Below are positions 26,472-34,932 of a stretch of 41,794 bases of DNA, piece after piece. Made by a program: the position numbers and the translations under genes. Numbering within the stretch: the stretch's first letter is position 1; every line of letters begins with the position of its first letter. The notes below the pieces were generated by a model, which worked only from the letters and a program-made list of their open reading frames with translations, made no database searches and was not told where the DNA came from. Location: positions 1-41,794 of the forward strand of contig QNFJ01000001.1 of assembly GCA_003646305.1 (NCBI GenBank), written 5' to 3'. The DNA comes from Gammaproteobacteria bacterium. Lineage in GTDB: Bacteria > Pseudomonadota > Gammaproteobacteria > Methylococcales > UBA2780.

Positions 26472-27649
26472 TAACTCCTGCGCTGATTAAAGGTACGGCC
26501 ATAACATTGAGCGGCAATGGTGTTGCGAAGAATTTCCGGTGTACCGCCACCGAGTGAGAAGCCCCGCGCATCACGAACCATGCGTTCAAGCGGATAATCT
26601 CGACAATAGCCATAGTGACCGTGAATCTGTAGAGCTTCATTGGTGATTCTTTGCGCCATTTCATTGGAATAGAGTTTTGCCATCGCGCAGTCATGCGGGT
26701 CTGGGAAACCATTTTTAAGATTGGTGGCGGCGCGATAAACCATCAAGCGCGCGGCGTGCAATTGAGTGGCCATATCGGCTATTTTCCACTGAATACCCTG
26801 AAATTCAGCAATGGGTCGGCCAAACTGTTTGCGTGTTTCACTATAGGCCAGCGCGGTTTCGTAAGCGCCTTGAGAGATACCGACACACATGCCAGCATTG
26901 CCGACCCGTTCGGGGCCGAAAGAGCTCATCAGCCGCTTAAACCCCTCATTACTGTAGGGTGTCGCTTCAACAATAATATTTTCTTTCGGGATGCGGACAT
27001 TATCAAAATGGAGCTCGGCCTCTTTGACCCCACAGCCGCCCATTTTGCGTTCGGGCTTTCCGGTGGTGAAACCTTCCATCCCTTTCTCGACCAGTACCGC
27101 TCCAATCCCACGTGCTCCCTTGCTGTCACCAAAGCGGGCAAAGACCATTGAGTGCGTGGCCTCTATGCCAGCAGTGGTAAAGCACTTTGTGCCATTGAGA
27201 ATATAATCATCACCCTCTTTACGGATATTGGTGCTGAGATCAGTCACCGCTGAACCGGCACCCGGTTCGCTAATGGAAATGGCGATAAGGTAGTCACCTT
27301 TGACTACACCAGGCAGGATGCGCTGTTTCTGTTCTTCTGTACCGAGTTCAGCCAGTGCTTTAGCGGGGCCATTGAGGTATAGCTGGCCGACCAGTGCGGT
27401 GTTAAAACAGACACGGGCAAGCTCTTCAAGAAAGACAACGCCATGAATAAGGGAAAGCCCCGAGCCACCGTAAGCCTCTGGAACCAACATGCCGAGATAA
27501 CCTAATTCGGCAAGCAGGTTTTTATTGGCTTCGGGATATTCCTCATGCTCATCCCAATAGGCAGCGCGTGGGGCGAACTCTTTTTCGGCGAGTGATCTCA
27601 CTTCGTGCCGAAAGGATTCCAGCTCATCGTCTAGTTTAAATGAGAACAT
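26471..27649 (-). CDS. acyl-CoA dehydrogenase family protein
   Basis: 392 aa with ISEPGAGSAVTD and a helix-G Glu (SFGPERV). The C-terminal motif is SLGGGTPEILRN. Confidence 0.9.
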   Translation of the reverse strand: MFSFKLDDELESFRHEVRSLAEKEFAPRAAYWDEHEEYPEANKNLLAELGYLGMLVPEAYGGSGLSLIHGVVFLEELARVCFNTALVGQLYLNGPAKALAELGTEEQKQRILPGVVKGDYLIAISISEPGAGSAVTDLSTNIRKEGDDYILNGTKCFTTAGIEATHSMVFARFGDSKGARGIGAVLVEKGMEGFTTGKPERKMGGCGVKEAELHFDNVRIPKENIIVEATPYSNEGFKRLMSSFGPERVGNAGMCVGISQGAYETALAYSETRKQFGRPIAEFQGIQWKIADMATQLHAARLMVYRAATNLKNGFPDPHDCAMAKLYSNEMAQRITNEALQIHGHYGYCRDYPLERMVRDARGFSLGGGTPEILRNTIAAQCYGRTFNQRRS

Positions 27650-27650
27650 C

Positions 27651-28112
27651 TTAATTCACCTCGGGACGGCGTTTAAGCATCAGTGGGGTTTCGCCTTGCT
27701 GAACAATATCACCATGTTGGTTAATGACTGAGCGCAACAGAACCACGATGCCTCTGTCGGGCTTGCTTGTTTCACGGGTTTCGATCACTTCCAGTACCAC
27801 ATGGATGGTGTCATCGATAAAGATGGGGCCCTTGAATTTCCAGTCGAGACCCAGCAGAGCAATCACGGTTTGTGAAATGCCGGCAATTAAATCTGTTCGT
27901 GTTCCAAGGCCAGAAGCGATGGAAAGGCCGAGCAGCCCATGAGCGATTCGTTTACCAAAATGAGTCTCTTTACAATATTCGGCATCGGTATGTAATTGTA
28001 CGAAATCGCCAGAGAGTCCGGCAAAGTTGACAATATCGGTTTCGGTGATGGTTCGCCCGGGCGATTGCCAGGAATCGCCTTTGTTCAAGTCATCAAAATA
28101 GATTGGATCCAT
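27651..28112 (-). CDS. MaoC-family (R)-specific enoyl-CoA hydratase
   Basis: 153 aa with a hydratase-2-like motif (FAGLSGDFVQLHTDAEY) followed by RIAHGLLGLS. Confidence 0.85.
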   Translation of the reverse strand: MDPIYFDDLNKGDSWQSPGRTITETDIVNFAGLSGDFVQLHTDAEYCKETHFGKRIAHGLLGLSIASGLGTRTDLIAGISQTVIALLGLDWKFKGPIFIDDTIHVVLEVIETRETSKPDRGIVVLLRSVINQHGDIVQQGETPLMLKRRPEVN

Positions 28113-28126
28113 TGTTTTCTCCTCAT

Positions 28127-29299
28127 TTATTTTTTTGTTTTGCCGATGGCACCGGCTGCTTCAAGGTTTTTAATTTTATTGTCTGAAAATCCCCAGTGTG
28201 AGAGCACCTGATAGGTGCTGTTTCCCGCCGCTTCAGGTGGTGTGGGTTGCGCGGTTTTAGTTCGACTAAACCGGGGGCTGGGGGCTGGTTGGGTAATACC
28301 GTCGACCGTTATAAATGTTCCGCGATGTTGGTTATGTGGATGATCGGCCGCTTCGGCCATATTTAGAACCGGCGCAAAGCAGGCATCCGTTCCTTCTAAA
28401 AGTGCGCACCACTCATCCGCTGTTTTCTCGACAAACCGGGTTGCGAATAGCTGTTTGGCATGTGGCCAGTTGTTGCGGTCGTCGAGGTCTGGAAAGGTTG
28501 CTGGATCAAAGCCGATACGGGTCAATAATTCTTTACAAAATTTGGCCTCTATCGGTGCAATGGTGATGACGCCCTGTTCAATTAAGTCGAGCATAGCATC
28601 GATGACAACGCCGGAATGAATGCCAATATCACAATGATTTTTAAGGTTGCCTAGTACCGCATGAGGAATGCCGCCAACACCAACTTGAATGGTCGAACGG
28701 TCGGGAATAAGTGTGCTGGCCAATTGGCCAATCTGCCATTCAACCGCGCTTAGTTGAGGGGTAGATAATTCGACGGGCGGATGGCGAGCCTCAACAAAGA
28801 GGTCGATATTAATATCAGCAGGTAGATCGGCTCCATAACTATAAGGCACATCGGTATTAATTTCGGCAATCACGACCCGTGCCCGGCGAGCGGCTAATGC
28901 GGTGTAATCGTTACATAAGCCGAGATTTAGTTGGCCGCTTTCAGGGTGCTGGGAAAGTTGTAGTAAAACGCAATCTGCTCGAAGGGAACCATCATAAAAA
29001 GCTTGAGAAAAGGCGCTGTATTGCTGTGGAAGTTGGTCAAGAACACCAGCCTTTGCCAGAGCAGCTGCCTGACCGATGCCCCCGTAGGAATAAAAAGAGA
29101 GGTGGTCGCTCTGTTCAGCTTTAAAGGTGTCTGAATAGAGCGCCCCAAGAAAGAGGGTGCAGCCACTAATCTCCTCTCTTTCAGCGACCAGTTTTTGGGT
29201 GAGGGTGAGCGGTTCGGCCGTGCATTGCCCACAAATAATATGATCGCCCGCGCGAAGATAATCTTTAAAATGAAAACTATCTGCCGAGACGATCTTCAT
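28127..29299 (-). CDS. In-frame chimera: N-terminal domain of an acetyl-CoA hydrolase/transferase-family protein fused to the C-terminal half of an alpha-methylacyl-CoA racemase (family III CoA-transferase fold); possibly a deletion-generated pseudogene
   Basis: 390 aa. Residues 1-246 follow the acetyl-CoA hydrolase/transferase pattern (VVIAEINTDVPYSYG, TIQVGVGGIPHAVLGNL, DIGIHSGVVIDAMLDLIEQGVIT). Residues 247-390 match the AMACR/MCR C-terminal half (IAPIEAKFCKELLTRIGF, WPHAKQLFATRFVEKTADEWCALLEGTDACFAPVLNMAEAADHPHNQHRGTFITVDGITQPAPSPRFS). The junction is near nt 28556-28566. Confidence 0.6.
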   Translation of the reverse strand: MKIVSADSFHFKDYLRAGDHIICGQCTAEPLTLTQKLVAEREEISGCTLFLGALYSDTFKAEQSDHLSFYSYGGIGQAAALAKAGVLDQLPQQYSAFSQAFYDGSLRADCVLLQLSQHPESGQLNLGLCNDYTALAARRARVVIAEINTDVPYSYGADLPADINIDLFVEARHPPVELSTPQLSAVEWQIGQLASTLIPDRSTIQVGVGGIPHAVLGNLKNHCDIGIHSGVVIDAMLDLIEQGVITIAPIEAKFCKELLTRIGFDPATFPDLDDRNNWPHAKQLFATRFVEKTADEWCALLEGTDACFAPVLNMAEAADHPHNQHRGTFITVDGITQPAPSPRFSRTKTAQPTPPEAAGNSTYQVLSHWGFSDNKIKNLEAAGAIGKTKK

Positions 29300-29315
29300 T
29301 ATTCATCTCACCTGA

Positions 29316-30482
29316 TCAATAGGACTTCGGTAGCCCGAGAACCCTTTCGGCGATGTAGCATAAAGCGAGTTGTGGGCTGATGGGTGCGATACGTGGCACC
29401 ATCACTTCACGAAGATAGCGCTCCACATGATATTCCTTTGCATAACCAAAACCACCATGCGTCATAACGGCTGTTTCACAGGCATGAAAACCGGCTTCAC
29501 CGGCGAGGTATTTGGCCGCATTAGCCGCCGCGCCACAGGGTTTGCCGTTATCGTATTGCCAAGCTGCGGACATCACCATTAACCAGGCCGCTTCCAGCTC
29601 TGACCAGCATTTGGCGAGTGGGTGTTGAATGCTCTGATTTTGACCAATGGGGCGATTAAAAACGATCCGCTCTTTGGCGTAATTGGTTGCCCGTTCTATG
29701 GCCAGTCTGCCGAGTCCAATCGCCTCTCCAGCAATCAGCACCCGTTCAGGGTTCATGCCATGTAGAATATATTCAAAGCCACGACCCTCTTCACCGATTC
29801 GATCCTCAATTGGAATTTCAAGGCCATCGATGAATAGCTCATTTGAGTCAACACATTTACGACCCATTTTATCAATGAGGTGTACATCGATTTTGCTGCG
29901 GTCGAAATCGGTATAAAAGAGGCTCAGTCCCTGAGTCGGTTTTTTAACTTCTTCGAGTGGTGTTGTCCGTGCCAGGAGGAGGATTTTATCGGCCACTTGC
30001 GCGGTAGAGATCCAGACTTTTTGGCCATTAACGATATAACGATCTCCTTTGCGAACGGCCATGGTTTTTAGCTGTGTCGTGTTTAGGCCGGTATTGGGTT
30101 CGGTGACACCAAAGCAGGCTTTTTCTCGTCCCTCAGCCATGGGTCTTAGCATCCGCTGTTTTTGCTCTTCGGTGCCAAAAACAGCGACAGGATTGAGACC
30201 AAAAATATTGATATGCACCGCTGAAGCTCCTGACATGCCCGCTCCGGACTGGGCAATGGTGCTAGCCATGATGGCCGCTTCAGTAATGCCTAAGCCCGAA
30301 CCCCCATAGGCTTCAGGAATGCAGATGCCGATCCATCCCCCATCGGCCATGGCACGATAGAAGTCGTGGGGGAAAATGCCGTCGGTGTCGCGCTGTAACC
30401 AATAGTCATCATCAAAATCACGGCATATTTTCTGAATCGAATCCTGGATACTGTTTTGGTCGTCTGTCTGTTCAAAATTCAT
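29316..30482 (-). CDS. acyl-CoA dehydrogenase family protein
   Basis: 388 aa with VTEPNTGLNT and a helix-G Glu (GMNPERV). The C-terminus is unusual: VPRIAPISPQLALCYIAERVLGLPKSY. Confidence 0.9.
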   Translation of the reverse strand: MNFEQTDDQNSIQDSIQKICRDFDDDYWLQRDTDGIFPHDFYRAMADGGWIGICIPEAYGGSGLGITEAAIMASTIAQSGAGMSGASAVHINIFGLNPVAVFGTEEQKQRMLRPMAEGREKACFGVTEPNTGLNTTQLKTMAVRKGDRYIVNGQKVWISTAQVADKILLLARTTPLEEVKKPTQGLSLFYTDFDRSKIDVHLIDKMGRKCVDSNELFIDGLEIPIEDRIGEEGRGFEYILHGMNPERVLIAGEAIGLGRLAIERATNYAKERIVFNRPIGQNQSIQHPLAKCWSELEAAWLMVMSAAWQYDNGKPCGAAANAAKYLAGEAGFHACETAVMTHGGFGYAKEYHVERYLREVMVPRIAPISPQLALCYIAERVLGLPKSY

Positions 30483-30485
30483 GAT

Positions 30486-31739
30486 TTAATTCTCTACTTT
30501 GTATTGTCTGGTGATGTCCTCCGGGGACTGAATAACCTTTTGTTTAAGCATCTCGTCGATCTGCTGCTTTGTATAACCGGCCTCTTGCAGTAACTCGATG
30601 CTGTGCTCACCTTGCCGAGGTGCTGGTCGGATTGGCTCTGCGGAGCTATCAGACCAGGTGGCCGGAACAGCCATAGAGAGGATATCGCCTTCTGTTGGAT
30701 GGTTTTGATGACGGAAGAAGTTGGTCGCAATGAGGTGGGGGTCTGACTGGATACTGTTTAAATCATGCATCGGCATCACCGGAATATCAGCTTTGTTGAG
30801 AATCTCAAGCCACTCTGCGGTGCTTCTGGTTTCCATCATGCCGGAGAACCACTTATAAACCGCATCAAAATCTTTAGCGCGGGAAGAAAAGTCTTTGAAA
30901 AGTGGATCGGTTTCTGGAATATCTTCGCGTCCAATGGCTTTAAAGAAGTGATTCCAATGTTTATCGGTATAGACCAGTGCACAGACATAGCCATCTTTGG
31001 TTTTATAAGGGCGACGGTATTTCGATAGTTGACGCGGATAGCCGCCATTATCAAGTGGGGGTTCGTAAGTGAGGCCGCCCATATGATCGCCGAGAGTGAA
31101 GCTGGTCATGGTTTCGAACATGGGAATATCGACACGTTGCCCTTTTCCGGTTCGATCTCGGTGAACCAGTGTTGCCAAAATCGCTCCCACAGCGGCCAGC
31201 CCGACAACACGGTCTGCGATGGCCGAAGGAACATAGCGGGGCTCTCCGCCGTCAACGCGTGTAAAAAGATGGGGCAGGGTTGATGCGCCCTGGATCAGGT
31301 CATCATAGGCCGGTTTTGCGGCATAAGGCCCCTCTTGCCCGTAACCAAACATCCCCGCGTAAATAATACGAGGGTTAACGGCTGAAACCACCTCATAACT
31401 GAGGCCAAGACGTTTCATTGCATTGGCACGGATGTTATAGACAAGGATATCGGCATTGGCACACAGCTTTAACAGCGCTTCGCGCCCCTCATCCTGTTTT
31501 AAGTCGAGGGTAATGGAGCGTTTACTGCGGTTTGCATTTAGAAAGATAGGGCCCATTCCAGGATTGCGGAGCGGGCCGATTGTGCGGACAAGATCTCCTT
31601 CTGGAGATTCGACCTTAATGACATCAGCCCCATAATCGCCGAGGGTCTGCGTTGCGTAAGGGCCCATTAATACGGTTGTCATATCAATAATGCGGACGCC
31701 CTCTAAAGGCCCTTTGTTGGTGGGCTCAGATTGGTTCAT
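30486..31739 (-). CDS. family III CoA-transferase (CaiB/BaiF family)
   Basis: 417 aa. The N-terminus has GVRIIDMTTVLMGPYATQTLGDYGADVIKVE. The conserved Asp region is SAIADRVVG. Confidence 0.9.
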   Translation of the reverse strand: MNQSEPTNKGPLEGVRIIDMTTVLMGPYATQTLGDYGADVIKVESPEGDLVRTIGPLRNPGMGPIFLNANRSKRSITLDLKQDEGREALLKLCANADILVYNIRANAMKRLGLSYEVVSAVNPRIIYAGMFGYGQEGPYAAKPAYDDLIQGASTLPHLFTRVDGGEPRYVPSAIADRVVGLAAVGAILATLVHRDRTGKGQRVDIPMFETMTSFTLGDHMGGLTYEPPLDNGGYPRQLSKYRRPYKTKDGYVCALVYTDKHWNHFFKAIGREDIPETDPLFKDFSSRAKDFDAVYKWFSGMMETRSTAEWLEILNKADIPVMPMHDLNSIQSDPHLIATNFFRHQNHPTEGDILSMAVPATWSDSSAEPIRPAPRQGEHSIELLQEAGYTKQQIDEMLKQKVIQSPEDITRQYKVEN

Positions 31740-32086
31740 TTAGAAACTCCGTGTGAATTGAGAGCGCAACTAAAGGCCTGGTTAGCCCAGTCGATTAATT
31801 CACTGTCATTTTCCAGCAGTTCATCAGGAGACTGGAAGTAGTTAAGGCAGATGGTTTTCCCTTTTTTTGAGTAAGAAAAAGGAGGGAGGTTATTTGCCTG
31901 AAAAACTGCAGCGCTCTTTTTGTCTGCTTTCAGGTAAAGAACGTCATCGGCAACCAGTGCAAACATCAACCCTTCAATAAAAAGCCCATAACAGCCGAAC
32001 ATTTTTTTTGCGATCACAGGCCCCATGGGTTGTAGCCGGTCAATGAGATAGCGGGTGAACTCATCAGTTTGATGGGTCTTGACCAT
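31736..32086 (-). CDS. TfoX N-terminal-domain protein (stand-alone)
   Basis: 116 aa with KKMFGCYGLFIEGLMFALVADDVLYLKAD, which matches my recollection of the TfoX_N pattern. Its stop overlaps the CoA-transferase start (ATGA type, 4 nt). Confidence 0.65.
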   Translation of the reverse strand: MVKTHQTDEFTRYLIDRLQPMGPVIAKKMFGCYGLFIEGLMFALVADDVLYLKADKKSAAVFQANNLPPFSYSKKGKTICLNYFQSPDELLENDSELIDWANQAFSCALNSHGVSK

Positions 32087-32092
32087 AATGAG

Positions 32093-32557
32093 TTAGATAA
32101 TTCCCTCTTCCAGGCTTGCAGCCATAAAAAGCCCCAGCTCTTCGCATTGGTCAATAAATTCTTCCTGAAAGTCACCTTTGCAAATAAGTGGCTCTTGTAC
32201 AACTTTCCATCTAAGCCCGGTTAATATGGATTCAAGAGCGCGCCTTGTGCCGGTGCCGTCGTTACCAGCCCGGATTAAAATGGCGCATGGCAATCCATCT
32301 GTTTTATCCATGCAGGGATAGTAATTTCGGTCAAAAAAATCCTTTAGTGCACCGCTCATGTAACCCAGGTTTTCTGGTGTGGCGAGAATGACAGCATCGG
32401 ACTTAATAACATCCTCTGCAACAGCGTCAAATGCGGGTATATACAACGCTTCGACCTGTTTTACCTCTTCATTCATGGCGCCTTTCAGTACGGCATCAAT
32501 CATCCGTTGTATGTTTGGAGAAGGTGCATGTGCAATGATGAGTAGGCGTTTGTTCAT
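32093..32557 (-). CDS. flavodoxin-like fold protein (NAD(P)H-dependent FMN reductase / flavodoxin family)
   Basis: 154 aa with LLIIAHAPSPN... and DAVILATPENLGYMSGALKDFFDR, typical of flavodoxin-like FMN proteins. Confidence 0.7.
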   Translation of the reverse strand: MNKRLLIIAHAPSPNIQRMIDAVLKGAMNEEVKQVEALYIPAFDAVAEDVIKSDAVILATPENLGYMSGALKDFFDRNYYPCMDKTDGLPCAILIRAGNDGTGTRRALESILTGLRWKVVQEPLICKGDFQEEFIDQCEELGLFMAASLEEGII

Positions 32558-32582
32558 GTTGAACGGTTGGTTTATAGATGGC

Positions 32583-33776
32583 TTATTTATTGGGTTTATC
32601 TAAGACAATTTGCATCTTCAGAAAGTTATCGATCTCTTCATCGGAGTAACCAGCTTCCTGCAAAATAGTATGATTGTGCTGGCCATAGTTGGGCGGCACA
32701 TTACGAAATTCTCCGGGTGTCCGCGATAACTTAATGGGAATGCCAGTACCTCTATAGTCGCCAGACTCTAAGACCATCTCCCGCGCTACGGTTTGTGGAT
32801 GCACCATCACGTCAGGGATGGTTTCAACCGGCCCTGCGGGTATGCCTTTGTTTATCAGTATTTGACAAAGTGCGCGGCCATCCGTTTTTTCCATCATATC
32901 TTCAAGAATGGCTCGCAATACAACTCTATTTTCAGTCCGTTTTCCGTTGTTTAGAAAGCGTGGATCAGCTGCGATCTCTTCGCGTTCAAGCAGCTTACAA
33001 AGACCTGCAAACTGACCGTCATTACCAATGGCTAGAAAGACTAAACCGGTTCTGGTTTTAAATAGATCATATGGGGTGATGCTGGGGTGCGCACTGCCGA
33101 GTCGTTCAGGCTCTTTTCCAGATAGAAACCAACTGGCAGCATGTGGGTGAAGCAGGCTAATCGCCGTGTCGTACAGGCTCACTTCCATTGATTGGCCAAG
33201 ACCCGATTTTTCTCGTTCGTATAGCGCAAGAAGAACCGCCGTTGCGGCATTCATGCCGGTGGTAATATCGACAATCGGTACGCCCACACGGATGGGTAAA
33301 CGTTGGGCTTCACCATTAATGCTGATTAAACCAGACATCGCCTGGGCTACTGCATCATAGCCGGGTGATCCGGCATAAGGGCCTGTGCTGCCAAAGCCGG
33401 TTACGCAGCAGTGAATCAGCTTAGGAAACTTTTTCTTAAGAACTTCCTCGTAACCGATACCCCATTTTTCGAGGGTGCCAATCTTAAAGTTTTCAACGAG
33501 AACATCCGCTTCTTGCAATAGGCGAAATAGAATCTCCTGTCCTGCCTTCTCACGAAGGTTAAGGGCGAGACATTTTTTATTGCGGTTAACACCGTCAAAA
33601 TAGGCACTGCCTCCCTCATGAAAAGGAGGCCCCCAGCCGCGAGTTTCATCGCCGGCAGGGGGTTCGATTTTAATGATTTCAGCGCCATGATCCCCGAGTA
33701 TCTGGGCGCACAAAGGGCCGCCCAGAACACGAGATAGGTCAATGACTTTTACACCATCAAGTGAGCCTTTTGACAT
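32583..33776 (-). CDS. family III CoA-transferase (CaiB/BaiF family)
   Basis: 397 aa. The N-terminus has GVKVIDLSRVLGGPLCAQILGDHGAEIIKIE. The conserved Asp is in VPIVDITTG. Confidence 0.9.
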   Translation of the reverse strand: MSKGSLDGVKVIDLSRVLGGPLCAQILGDHGAEIIKIEPPAGDETRGWGPPFHEGGSAYFDGVNRNKKCLALNLREKAGQEILFRLLQEADVLVENFKIGTLEKWGIGYEEVLKKKFPKLIHCCVTGFGSTGPYAGSPGYDAVAQAMSGLISINGEAQRLPIRVGVPIVDITTGMNAATAVLLALYEREKSGLGQSMEVSLYDTAISLLHPHAASWFLSGKEPERLGSAHPSITPYDLFKTRTGLVFLAIGNDGQFAGLCKLLEREEIAADPRFLNNGKRTENRVVLRAILEDMMEKTDGRALCQILINKGIPAGPVETIPDVMVHPQTVAREMVLESGDYRGTGIPIKLSRTPGEFRNVPPNYGQHNHTILQEAGYSDEEIDNFLKMQIVLDKPNK

Positions 33777-34928
33777 TTATAAAACAGCCTCGGTACCTAA
33801 TATAGAGGTCACCTGGCTCGAGAGAACGCCACCGTTGCCGTGTACTAGAGCCACTTCGGCATCGCTAACCTGACGATCACCACAGCCACCGCGTAGTTGG
33901 CGTACCGCTTCGATCAGAATAAAAATGCCGTACATGCCTGGGTGAACACAAGACAGGCCGCCGCCATTAGTATTAACCGGCAAGCTACCACCCGGTGCGA
34001 TATTGCCATTAGAGACAAAAGCGCCACCTTCACCTTTTGCACAAAAGCCAAGATCTTCCAGAAACAAGATGGTATTGATCGTGAAGGCGTCATATAACTC
34101 AACCACATCAACATCATCTTTAGTTAAGCCGGCCATATCGAAAGCGCGTTTGCCAGAGTCGAGTGCAGCGGTTGTTGTGAGGTCAGGCATTTGAGTGATC
34201 TGACGATGCCAATGAGCCGTGCCAGTGCCCATTAAATAAACAGGCTTATTAGGGAAGTCTTTAGCGCGTTCACTAGAGACCATAATAACCGCGCCACCGC
34301 CATCGGTTACTAAACAGCAATCGAGGAGTGATAATGGATCGCTCACCATTCTTGCGCTCATAACCTCTTCACGGGTTAAATCGGCACGAGAAAAAGCTTC
34401 TGGGTTTAATTGCGCCCATTTTCTGGCAGCAACAGCTACATCGGCCATGTTTTCACGGGTTGTACCATATTGGTGCATATGGCGTGCTGCAGCAAATGCG
34501 TAGGAGCTAATTGGGTAGCGAGGTTTGTAGGGTGTTTCATACGTCTGCTGCTCTGACATGGTAGCGAGTTTGCCACCCGCAGTGCGCTGGTTACTGCCGT
34601 AGCAGATTAGTGCGACCTCACACAGTCCATTCTTGATCGCCATCGCAGCATTTAATGTATGGGCGACAAACGATGATCCACCCACCATGCTGCCATCAGA
34701 AAAGCGCGGTTTGATACCAAGGTACTCAGCTGTACTGAGTGTTGGCATAAAGTGGTATGAAGAACCGGTAAACAGTCCATCAATATCGGAAAGTTTTAAT
34801 CCAGCATCGTCCAGTGCGTTATGGGTGGCTTCTGCCAAAATATCGAGCGGCATTCTGCCGTGTGCTTCGCCACATCCGGCTAGTCCAACGCCAACAATGG
34901 CGGATGATCCTCTTAATTCATGTGACAT
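33777..34928 (-). CDS. thiolase-fold (SCP-x/Ltp-type) protein apparently lacking the nucleophilic Cys; candidate aldolase subunit
   Basis: I place the start at the ATG at 34928 (MSHELRGSSAIVGVGLAG, with AAGAGG upstream). The track's longer ORF, reaching 35045, would overlap the DUF35 gene. Gly is at the nucleophile position (GSSFVAHTLNAAMAIKNG). It also carries NTNGGGLSCVHPG. Confidence 0.85.
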   Translation of the reverse strand: MSHELRGSSAIVGVGLAGCGEAHGRMPLDILAEATHNALDDAGLKLSDIDGLFTGSSYHFMPTLSTAEYLGIKPRFSDGSMVGGSSFVAHTLNAAMAIKNGLCEVALICYGSNQRTAGGKLATMSEQQTYETPYKPRYPISSYAFAAARHMHQYGTTRENMADVAVAARKWAQLNPEAFSRADLTREEVMSARMVSDPLSLLDCCLVTDGGGAVIMVSSERAKDFPNKPVYLMGTGTAHWHRQITQMPDLTTTAALDSGKRAFDMAGLTKDDVDVVELYDAFTINTILFLEDLGFCAKGEGGAFVSNGNIAPGGSLPVNTNGGGLSCVHPGMYGIFILIEAVRQLRGGCGDRQVSDAEVALVHGNGGVLSSQVTSILGTEAVL

Positions 34929-34932
34929 ATTC

